DNA of 64,000 bases from Chitinophagaceae bacterium (GTDB lineage: Bacteria; Bacteroidota; Bacteroidia; Chitinophagales; Chitinophagaceae), in the NCBI GenBank assembly GCA_036675565.1, contig JAKFER010000047.1, positions 105,756-169,755 on the forward strand. Direction: 5' to 3'. Positions within the stretch are counted from its first letter, which is position 1. The number at the start of each line of letters is the position of its first letter. Position numbers and translations under genes: made by a program. Positions 46,492 to 54,234 of this stretch are shown one piece after another. The notes below the pieces were generated by a model. That model saw nothing but the letters and a program-made list of their open reading frames with translations, ran no database searches and was not told where the DNA came from.

Positions 46492-47010
46492 ATGAACAAA
46501 ACATCCTTACATACAACTGATCCTGCATTGGTAACACACCAGATCTGGAAGATCCTCGAAGAAGTGAACGATCCGGAAGTGCCTGTATTGTCGGTTATTG
46601 ATTTGGGTATTGTGAGGGATGTTGTTTTTAATGATAACCAATACGAAGTAATTATTACACCTACTTATTCTGGTTGTCCTGCAATGGATGTAATTAATAT
46701 GAATATTCGGCTTAAGTTAATGGAGTATGGAATGAGGGATGTTTTGGTAAAACAGGTTTTATCTCCAGCCTGGACAACAGACTGGATGTCTGAAGCCGGC
46801 AAAGAAAAATTAAAAGCATTTGGTATTGCACCTCCCAATCCGAAGCAACAGGTTTGCAGCACGGCTTTATTTGCTGATGAATCAGTGCAATGTCCGCATT
46901 GCAGCTCTTATAATACAACCCGCATCAGCGAGTTTGGCAGCACGGCCTGTAAATCTCTTTATCGCTGCGAACAATGTAAAGAGCCGTTTGATTATTTTAA
47001 ATGCCATTAA
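46492..47010 (+). CDS. paaD: Phenylacetyl-CoA epoxidase subunit PaaD (PaaJ)
   Basis: DUF59/MIP18-like N-domain (VNDPEVPVLSVIDLGIV...TPTYSGCPA) and a C-terminal Cys4 ribbon (CPHCSS...CEQCKEPF). Confidence 0.9.
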   Translation: MNKTSLHTTDPALVTHQIWKILEEVNDPEVPVLSVIDLGIVRDVVFNDNQYEVIITPTYSGCPAMDVINMNIRLKLMEYGMRDVLVKQVLSPAWTTDWMSEAGKEKLKAFGIAPPNPKQQVCSTALFADESVQCPHCSSYNTTRISEFGSTACKSLYRCEQCKEPFDYFKCH

Positions 47011-47021
47011 AAACAATGTGG

Positions 47022-47052
47022 CAATTTGATAATTTGAAAATTTGAAAATAGG
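47022..47052 (+). repeat. Degenerate AATTTGA tandem repeat (possible decayed TGGAATT-type block)
   Basis: CAATTTGATAATTTGAAAATTTGAAAATAGG directly after the paaD stop, with the same 7-8-nt period as the TGGAATT arms. Confidence 0.3.
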
Positions 47053-47140
47053 TTTTTCGAAGATTTTGTAATACTGCCTTTATACAATTTCGGTTAAACC
47101 CTTGATTATTTATTAAGGGAATTTGTTGTTAATACTGGAC

Positions 47141-47164
47141 AACTAAACACCTAAACGTTTAAAC
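47141..47164 (+). repeat. CTAAAC-type A/C-rich block
   Basis: AACTAAACACCTAAACGTTTAAAC resembles 44683-44710 and 57089-57119. Confidence 0.4.
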
Positions 47165-47169
47165 AATTC

Positions 47170-48111
47170 TCACTTAAAAGCATCCACTTCCCGGTAAGCT
47201 TTTATCAATGCAATTTCACCATCTTTTCCCGGTTGTGCATTACCGTGCTCCATGCCTACAATTCCTTTAAAACCTTTGTTGTAAATATGCTTGAAAATAT
47301 TTTTGTAGTTCATTTCACCGGTTGTGGGTTCTTTGCGGCCCGGGTTATCTCCAACCTGTAAATAAGCAATCTCCTCCCAGCATCGATCTATATTGGCAAT
47401 GATGTCGCCTTCATTACGCTGCATGTGATAGGCATCGTATAAAATCTTACATGCCGGGCTATTCACCGCTTTGCAGATCATATATGTCTGATGCGAATGA
47501 CGGAGAAAAAGATCCGGGTTATCACTCAATGGTTCCAATACCATCACCAATCCATGTTTATCCAGGATCTCGCTGCCCTTACGTAATGCCGTTATAACAT
47601 TTGCAGTCTGCATTTCATGCGATAAACTGCGATCATAATTTCCCGGTACAACGGTCATCCATTTTGCATTAACCCTTTTGGCCACTTCAACTGCATCCTT
47701 GCAATCTTTGATCATTTTATCTATCCATTCCTGCTTGCCGGTTGTTAATGTAGTTTTCCAGTGCCAGTTATCTGTCGTAATAACAAACACCCCCATTCTC
47801 ATTCCCAATTTTGCCAGGGTATCTCCAATCTTTTTTTGTTGTTCCGGTGTGCGGGCCATCATCCCATTATCTTCAATACTTCTGAAACCCTGTTCGTGTG
47901 CCCATTTTATCTGGTCCGTAAAAGATTCGCCTCCGTGTTGACGGAACATGCCATCATGAAATGCATAATCCAGGTTAAACAATTTATTGTTATTTGCTAA
48001 ATCATTTATTGAAGATGAAGGTGAATGAGTTACTGATGCAAACGATTGCGCAACGGAAGCAAACCCAGCGCCTGTCAATAATGAGTTTTTTAGAAAGTTT
48101 CTACGTTCCAT
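47170..48111 (-). CDS. TAT-exported xylose-isomerase-like TIM-barrel protein (sugar phosphate isomerase/epimerase or hydroxypyruvate-isomerase-like)
   Basis: Twin-arginine leader MERRNFLKNSLLTGAGFAS from the ATG at 48111; AP_endonuc_2-type barrel blocks (VLEPL, YDAYHMQ, VGMEH). Confidence 0.8.
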   Translation of the reverse strand: MERRNFLKNSLLTGAGFASVAQSFASVTHSPSSSINDLANNNKLFNLDYAFHDGMFRQHGGESFTDQIKWAHEQGFRSIEDNGMMARTPEQQKKIGDTLAKLGMRMGVFVITTDNWHWKTTLTTGKQEWIDKMIKDCKDAVEVAKRVNAKWMTVVPGNYDRSLSHEMQTANVITALRKGSEILDKHGLVMVLEPLSDNPDLFLRHSHQTYMICKAVNSPACKILYDAYHMQRNEGDIIANIDRCWEEIAYLQVGDNPGRKEPTTGEMNYKNIFKHIYNKGFKGIVGMEHGNAQPGKDGEIALIKAYREVDAFK

Positions 48112-48149
48112 ATTTTTTATCTTTGAGAATAAATGTAAGGTTTCATATA

Positions 48150-49139
48150 ATGTGCAGATTGTTCCTGATTGTTTTATTGATTTCTTCATCCGCGTACGGA
48201 CAAACTTCTAGGTTTCAATTTACGGAAAATAAAATGGGATCGCCGTTTCGAATTATTTTTTATCACACGGATTCCGCCGAAGCAAGTCTGGTGGCCCAAG
48301 AAAGTTTTGATCTTGTTGATTCGTTGAATTTAATTTTCAGTGATTATGATACTAAAAGTGAAATAAGCCAACTGGCTGTTCATGCTGGCAAACATCCCCA
48401 AAAAATATCACCAGCTTTGTTTGATGTAATGAAATTATCTGTTGAAGCCAATCAAAATTCGCAAAATGCTTTTTCCATATATGCAGGGGCATTAACCAAA
48501 TTATGGCGCCATGCAAGAAGCGAAAATAAATTTCCTGAAAAAAAGACAGTCAAAAAAGCACTTCGCTTATCCTCTAAAAAATATTTTAAATTTTTTCCCC
48601 GCGATGCTTCAATGTTCATTTCAGCAAATGGAGCCTCATTGGATTTTGGTGGCATCGTAAAAGGTTATACCGCACAAAAAGTGATTGAACTTCTTCATGC
48701 CAAAAATAATCACCATGCACTTGTGGATGCCGGAGGCGATATAGTTATGAGCAAACCTCCTCCGGGAAAAAAAGGCTGGTCCATTGCAGTAAGTTTACCT
48801 GGTGATGAAGAGGAATTGGTTGAGCAACAATTGCTATTAAGTGATAAGGCTGTTGCTACATCCGGGAACATGTATCAATTTATTGAACATGATGGTAAAA
48901 AATATTCACACATTATCAATCCAAAAACCGGGTATGGTATTACAGATCAGCGGCAGGTAACAGTTATTGCAAATGATGGTGCCACCGCAGACTGGCTTGC
49001 AACTGCATGCAGTATTTTACCCATATCCAAAGCTTTGAAACTTGCCGAATCTGAAAATGCATCTTTGTTAATTCTTGAAATATCTGGTGGGGTTATTTCA
49101 GCCCATAAATCGGCTACATTTAACCGTTATCTTAAATAA
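48150..49139 (+). CDS. apbE: FAD:protein FMN transferase ApbE (exported)
   Basis: Signal peptide MCRLFLIVLLISSSAYG, then ApbE blocks (MGSPFRI, S.ISQL, DFGGIVKGY, VDAGGDI, ATSGNMYQF...HIINPKTG). Confidence 0.85.
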   Translation: MCRLFLIVLLISSSAYGQTSRFQFTENKMGSPFRIIFYHTDSAEASLVAQESFDLVDSLNLIFSDYDTKSEISQLAVHAGKHPQKISPALFDVMKLSVEANQNSQNAFSIYAGALTKLWRHARSENKFPEKKTVKKALRLSSKKYFKFFPRDASMFISANGASLDFGGIVKGYTAQKVIELLHAKNNHHALVDAGGDIVMSKPPPGKKGWSIAVSLPGDEEELVEQQLLLSDKAVATSGNMYQFIEHDGKKYSHIINPKTGYGITDQRQVTVIANDGATADWLATACSILPISKALKLAESENASLLILEISGGVISAHKSATFNRYLK

Positions 49140-49169
49140 TATCATTGCAAACTTCAATATCTTAGTCAA

Positions 49170-50123
49170 ATGAAATTATGTGTTAGCCTTTTTGCCTTTT
49201 TATTTACGTCGATGTTGTTGGCGCAGGAAAATCCTGAATTTAAAAAATATACACAAAGTATTCCGGGCACGCCTGTATCTTTTAATCTGGTGCCAATACC
49301 AGGTGGTGTTTTTACAATGGGCAGTAAGGCAAATGAAAATGGAAGAGAGGTTGATGAAGGACCACAAACTGAATTTAAAATATCTCCTTTCTGGATGGGC
49401 CAATTTGAAGTAACGCAGGATGAATACTTAAGTTTTTTCAGGGATATAAATATTGCCGTTAACAGTGATGCTGATGCCGTTACAAGACCCAGTCCTCCAT
49501 ATATTGATTTTTCTCCGGGAATGGGCAAAGAAGGAAAATTTCCTGCAAACAGCATGCAACAGTATGGCGCATTAATGTATTGCCGCTGGCTTTATAATAA
49601 AACGGGCATTTTTTTCAGGCTGCCAACAGAAGCTGAATGGGAATATGCGGCAAGGGCCGGATCTGCTACTACCTATTTTTTTGGTGATGATGAAAAGGAT
49701 TTAGCTGATTTTGCATGGTATAAAAAAAACAGCGGCGGTAAATATCATGAAGTTGGATTATTAAAACCCAATCATTGGGATTTATATGATATGTATGGCA
49801 ATGTTGCAGAATGGACCCTGGATCAATATGATGCAAACTATTTTGAACGAATGAAATCAGAAAAAAATAATCCTGTACTGATCCCTGATAAAAAACATCC
49901 ACGTACCATAAAAGGAGGCAGTTATTTGGACGAAGCCACTGAATTAAGATCGGCTAACAGGATAAAATCAGAACTAAAATGGAACCAGCGTGATCCGCAA
50001 ATCCCAAAAAGTAAATGGTGGAATACGGATGCTCCATTTATTGGATTTCGGATTGTAAGACCGGTTGAACAACCAACACCTGCAGCCATTGAATCATTCT
50101 TTAAATTACATCTTGGTAAATAA
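49170..50123 (+). CDS. Formylglycine-generating-enzyme (SUMF1/FGE-sulfatase domain) family protein, exported
   Basis: Signal peptide; the LPTEAEWEYAARAG signature, GNVAEWTLD, and RGGS-like IKGGSY...R.ANR blocks. Confidence 0.8.
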   Translation: MKLCVSLFAFLFTSMLLAQENPEFKKYTQSIPGTPVSFNLVPIPGGVFTMGSKANENGREVDEGPQTEFKISPFWMGQFEVTQDEYLSFFRDINIAVNSDADAVTRPSPPYIDFSPGMGKEGKFPANSMQQYGALMYCRWLYNKTGIFFRLPTEAEWEYAARAGSATTYFFGDDEKDLADFAWYKKNSGGKYHEVGLLKPNHWDLYDMYGNVAEWTLDQYDANYFERMKSEKNNPVLIPDKKHPRTIKGGSYLDEATELRSANRIKSELKWNQRDPQIPKSKWWNTDAPFIGFRIVRPVEQPTPAAIESFFKLHLGK

Positions 50124-50137
50124 TAAAACTGACTATT

Positions 50138-51466
50138 ATGAATGAAAAAAACTCACGCCGTGAATTTGTAAAAAATGCTGGCATCCTCGGTGGTGGTATC
50201 CTTGCCATGCCTGTTATTTCGAAAGCCAATTTTTTTTCTGAAAATGATAAAGTCATTAAGGTAGCTGTTGTTGGTTGCGGAGGACGTGGCACAGGAGCAG
50301 CATTGCAGGCTTTACTAAGCAAACAGAATGTAAAAGTGGTCGCACTGGCTGATGCTTTTCGCGACAGGCTGGATAGTTGTTATAAAACATTGTCGGCAGA
50401 TGATCTGTCTGATTGGGGAATGGATGGCAGTGTAAAAGATCGTGTGGATGTTCCGGAAGCCAGGAAATTTGTTGGCTTTGATGCATACGAAAAAGCGATT
50501 CCTTTAGCCGATGTCGTCATATTAGCTACACCTCCAGGTTTCAGACCTTATCATTTCGAATCCTGCATAAATCATGGCAAACATGTATTTATGGAAAAGC
50601 CTGTGGCAGTGGATCCGGCAGGGATTCAAAAAGTATTACAGGCTGCAGCATCAGCCAAACAAAAAAAATTAAACGTGGTTGTTGGTTTGCAACGGCGTTA
50701 CCAGGATTCATACAGGGCTTTATATGAAAATAAACACCTGGTTGGAGATATCACTTCCGCACAAGCCTGGTGGAACAGTGATGGGGTTTGGGTTAAACCA
50801 AGGAAATATAACCAGACAGAAATGGAATACCAGATGCGTAATTGGTATTACTTTAACTGGCTTTGCGGTGATCATATTGTGGAACAGCATATTCATAATA
50901 TAGATGTGATCAATTGGTTTAAAGGTGCCTACCCGGTAAAAGCACAGGGTCTTGGTGGCCGGCAGGTTCGTAATGGAAAAGATCATGGAGAAATTTTTGA
51001 TCATCATTTTGTAGAATTTCATTACGCCGATGGCACCATATTGAACAGCCAGTGCCGTCATATTCCCGGAACAATGAGTAAGGTTGATGAATTAATGATC
51101 GGTACAAAAGGAAAAATTTATGGAGATGCAGCCATGATCAAAGATCCTAAGGGTAAAACGCTTTTTCAATTTGATAAAAAGAAAGACAGGAATCCATACC
51201 AGACGGAACATGACGAACTGTTTGCCGCCGTTGCAAAAAACCAGTACAAATTCGCGGATGCAGAAATTGGGGCTTACAGTACATTATCCGCAATAATGGG
51301 TAGAATGGCAACTTATTCGGGACAGGTCCTGGATGCTGAAAAATTATTGGATTCAGGTATTAGTATTATGCCAAAGGAATTTGATTTTAACGCAGCACCA
51401 CCGATTGTTCCTGATAGTTACGGCTTCTATCCTGTTGCTGTTCCGGGGAAAACAAAATACTTATAA
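50138..51466 (+). CDS. TAT-exported Gfo/Idh/MocA family oxidoreductase
   Basis: SRREFVKNAGILGGG twin-arginine leader, VAVVGCGGRGTGA Rossmann motif, MEKPVA motif, and a conserved MRNWYYFNWLCGDHIVEQHIHNIDV block. Confidence 0.85.
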   Translation: MNEKNSRREFVKNAGILGGGILAMPVISKANFFSENDKVIKVAVVGCGGRGTGAALQALLSKQNVKVVALADAFRDRLDSCYKTLSADDLSDWGMDGSVKDRVDVPEARKFVGFDAYEKAIPLADVVILATPPGFRPYHFESCINHGKHVFMEKPVAVDPAGIQKVLQAAASAKQKKLNVVVGLQRRYQDSYRALYENKHLVGDITSAQAWWNSDGVWVKPRKYNQTEMEYQMRNWYYFNWLCGDHIVEQHIHNIDVINWFKGAYPVKAQGLGGRQVRNGKDHGEIFDHHFVEFHYADGTILNSQCRHIPGTMSKVDELMIGTKGKIYGDAAMIKDPKGKTLFQFDKKKDRNPYQTEHDELFAAVAKNQYKFADAEIGAYSTLSAIMGRMATYSGQVLDAEKLLDSGISIMPKEFDFNAAPPIVPDSYGFYPVAVPGKTKYL

Positions 51467-51524
51467 CGGAGTGATGATAAAAAATCGGTCGATAGCTTTT
51501 TAAATTGTTTAAAAATTTAAATGA

Positions 51525-52298
51525 ATGTCATCTGTATTATTTGAGCTAAGAGAAGGAGTAGGCTGTATAACATTCAACAGGCCTGAAAAATTAAACTCTT
51601 TCAATGGCGAAATGGCTTTGAGCCTGCAAAAGATGCTTGATGACTGCCGTTCAGATGAAATACGCTCTGTCTATATAACGGGATCGGGTAAAGCATTTTC
51701 AGCAGGGCAGGACATTGAAGAACTGACGGGTCCAAATCCGCCATCAACCAATAAAATACTGGCGGAACATTTTAACCCTGTGATTAATAAAATAAGGACT
51801 CTTGAAAAACCGGTAATTGCCGCCGTAAATGGTGTGGCAGCCGGGGCAGGAACCAATATTGCACTTTGCTGCGATGTGGTTGTTGCTTCAAAAAGCGCAT
51901 CCTTCATCCAGGCTTTTTCAAAAATCGGATTGATACCCGATAGTGGGGGAACCTACTTTTTACCCCGGTTGATTGGCTGGCAAAAAGCCAGCGCCCTGAT
52001 GATGTTGGGTGAAAAGATAGGTGCCGATGAAGCGGAAAGATTGGGTATGATCTATAAATGTTTTGAGGATGATGAATTTGCAGTAAGTGCATTCTCTATT
52101 GCAAAAAAATTAGTACAAATGCCAACTACCGGCCTGGCCTATACGAAGAAAGCGCTGCAATCATCTTTTACCAATACGCTTGATGATCAATTAAAGCTGG
52201 AAGACAAATTGCAGCAATTGGCCTCCGAAACCCACGACTACAAGGAAGGTGTGCAGGCTTTCATGGAAAAACGCAAACCGGTTTTTAACGGAAAATAA
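51525..52298 (+). CDS. paaG: 2-(1,2-epoxy-1,2-dihydrophenyl)acetyl-CoA isomerase PaaG (crotonase fold)
   Basis: Colinear with E. coli PaaG: NRPEKLNSFN, AGQD, VNGVAAGAG, FSKIGLIPD.GGT, DY.EGV.AF.EKR.P.F.GK. Confidence 0.8.
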   Translation: MSSVLFELREGVGCITFNRPEKLNSFNGEMALSLQKMLDDCRSDEIRSVYITGSGKAFSAGQDIEELTGPNPPSTNKILAEHFNPVINKIRTLEKPVIAAVNGVAAGAGTNIALCCDVVVASKSASFIQAFSKIGLIPDSGGTYFLPRLIGWQKASALMMLGEKIGADEAERLGMIYKCFEDDEFAVSAFSIAKKLVQMPTTGLAYTKKALQSSFTNTLDDQLKLEDKLQQLASETHDYKEGVQAFMEKRKPVFNGK

Positions 52299-52338
52299 TT
52301 TTCTCTTGAAAAAGAAAGCTACTCATATTGTAGACCAG

Positions 52339-52725
52339 ATGATGGAAAATGATTATTTCTCCCAATGGCTAGGTGTGGAAAGGATGGAGGAGAAAGATGG
52401 CTATTGTCGTTTGAAAATGAAAATCAGGAAAGAAATGTGCAATGGATTTGGCATTGCGCATGGTGGCATCAGTTATTCTTTGGCAGACAGTGCCCTTGCT
52501 TTTGCATCTAACAGTCATGGGAAGCATGCCGTTTCTATTGAAACATCTATATCTCACATTAAACCACTCAAAAGTGGGGATACTATTATTGCGACTGCAG
52601 AAGAAGTTAGTTGTAGCAACCGGTTAGCTAACTACCTGGTACGGGTTGAAAACGAAAAACAGGAGTTGGTTGCTCTTTTTAAAGGAGTGGTTTTTAGAAA
52701 GGATACAAGCTGGAACCTGGAATAA
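52339..52725 (+). CDS. paaI: Hotdog-fold acyl-CoA thioesterase PaaI
   Basis: NGFGIAHGGISYSLADSALAFA matches the PaaI motif. ATG at 52339 (a TTG at 52306 is also possible); the track start at 52249 overlaps paaG. Confidence 0.8.
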   Translation: MMENDYFSQWLGVERMEEKDGYCRLKMKIRKEMCNGFGIAHGGISYSLADSALAFASNSHGKHAVSIETSISHIKPLKSGDTIIATAEEVSCSNRLANYLVRVENEKQELVALFKGVVFRKDTSWNLE

Positions 52726-52770
52726 TTTTCATGGAGATATGATTGAAAGAAATTAAATTTAGAATAACAT

Positions 52771-52800
52771 TCCTCTAAACCATTTCTAACATCTAAACTA
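52771..52800 (+). repeat. CTAAAC-type A/C-rich block immediately upstream of a start codon
   Basis: TCCTCTAAACCATTTCTAACATCTAAACTA ends 5 nt before the ATG at 52806. Compare CCTCTAAACTGATT-ATG at 57110-57127. Confidence 0.35.
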
Positions 52801-52805
52801 GGCTT

Positions 52806-53537
52806 ATGAGAAAACTTTCATTATGGGCACGTGGGCATATTATGCTTACCCGCTTCTTAATTGGTTTGCTATATGTTGTTTTGAATTTATTGGCGTTATT
52901 CTTAGGCGACTTATTATTTTCTGCAGACATAGTCCTTCCTATTTTATTTATTTATCTCCCTCTTGCATTATTTTTTACAGGATTAATAATTTACCCGGTT
53001 AAAGAAAGAAAACACAGCTACAAAAATTTTTATTTTCAACAAAAATCGGCAGATCTGTTGCTGGCAGTATCAACCTTTCTTATTGTAGTTTATGGAGGTA
53101 ATGCTTTCAATAAGACCTCTCAAACCCCTCTCTCATCTGCCTATGCCACCAGTTTTTCCATTCCTTCAAATAAACTGGTAAATACAAGCTCTAAAATTGA
53201 ATCTAAGGAGGAGTCTAAACCGGCAGCAAAGAAACCCGTTTCCAAGAAAGAATTAAAAAAGAAACTCAAAAGTAAATGGAAAGAATTTCGCAAACATTAT
53301 AAGGAATCTACCAAAGGAGAAAAGGCAGCGCTTATCATTCTCTCAATTATTATTGCTGCGGGGTTATTACTGTTATTGGCAGGATTATCATGCGAACTTT
53401 CATGTGCAGGTTCAGATGGGGCAGCCGTTGTAGTTGGTCTTTTGGGAACCGGGTTAATCATCTTTTTATTGGTGCGGGTTATCCAAAGAATTAATCGGGG
53501 TCCACGAGTTAAAAAAGCCCCCGCTGAAACCACCTGA
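52806..53537 (+). CDS. Hypothetical multi-pass membrane protein with a Lys/Ser-rich linker
   Basis: Hydrophobic segments at both ends and a central KESKPAAKKPVSKKELKKKLKSKWKEFRK stretch. I recognise no family. Confidence 0.5.
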   Translation: MRKLSLWARGHIMLTRFLIGLLYVVLNLLALFLGDLLFSADIVLPILFIYLPLALFFTGLIIYPVKERKHSYKNFYFQQKSADLLLAVSTFLIVVYGGNAFNKTSQTPLSSAYATSFSIPSNKLVNTSSKIESKEESKPAAKKPVSKKELKKKLKSKWKEFRKHYKESTKGEKAALIILSIIIAAGLLLLLAGLSCELSCAGSDGAAVVVGLLGTGLIIFLLVRVIQRINRGPRVKKAPAETT

Positions 53538-53581
53538 TTCACTCTAAAATTTTTTCATCAATTTTGAATGAAAGCAAGTGC

Positions 53582-54172
53582 ATGTTTTATGAATTTGACG
53601 GCTTCAGACCAGTTGTAGATACATCTTCTTTCGTTCATCCCCAGGCGGTAGTTACAGGCAATGTAATTATTGGCAAGAATGTTTACATCGGTCCGGGTGC
53701 TATGCTGCGTGGAGATTGGGGTGCAATCATTATTGAGGATGGGTGTAATGTGCAGGAAAATTGTATCATTCATATGTTTCCCGGAGTTACGGTTCATTTG
53801 AAAGAGGCGGCACATATTGGACATGGTGCAGTAATTCATGGAGCAACTATTGGCAAAAATTGTCTGGTTGGAATGAATGCGGTGATCATGGATAATGTGG
53901 ATTTGGGTGATGAATGTATAGTGGGTGCATTAACTTTTATAAAACAAGGAGAAATAATTGCTGCACGATCGGTAGTTGTCGGTAATCCTTCAAAGGTTAT
54001 AAAAAAAGTGAGTGATGAAATGCTGCAATGGAAAACAGAAGGCACTCAATTATACCAGCAATTACCCCAGGAAATGCATTTACATGCAAAACCTTGTGAA
54101 CCATTACAGGAAATTCCGGCTGACCGTCCTAAACAGAAAGTGAATTATAAACCCTGGAATAAAAAATCATAA
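53582..54172 (+). CDS. paaY: PaaY-type hexapeptide-repeat (gamma-carbonic-anhydrase-like) protein
   Basis: Colinear with E. coli PaaY: Y.FDG..PVV...SFVHP.AV..G.V..GK.VY.GP.A.LRGD.G....DG.N.Q.NC..H ... VGMNAV.MD. ATG at 53582. Confidence 0.8.
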   Translation: MFYEFDGFRPVVDTSSFVHPQAVVTGNVIIGKNVYIGPGAMLRGDWGAIIIEDGCNVQENCIIHMFPGVTVHLKEAAHIGHGAVIHGATIGKNCLVGMNAVIMDNVDLGDECIVGALTFIKQGEIIAARSVVVGNPSKVIKKVSDEMLQWKTEGTQLYQQLPQEMHLHAKPCEPLQEIPADRPKQKVNYKPWNKKS

Positions 54173-54234
54173 AATTCATTAAGCACATTCGCCGGAAACT
54201 TCTTATTCCTTTTAAAAGTGATTAAATTGCATGG

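Noticed and set aside
49170-50123. The 'AGSAT' string in the FGE-like protein (…AARAGSATTY…) as an ApbE flavinylation site
   Set aside because: It falls in the conserved WEYAARGG-type FGE signature and does not match the usual D-x-x-(S/T)-G-A-(T/S) order. It is most likely coincidental.
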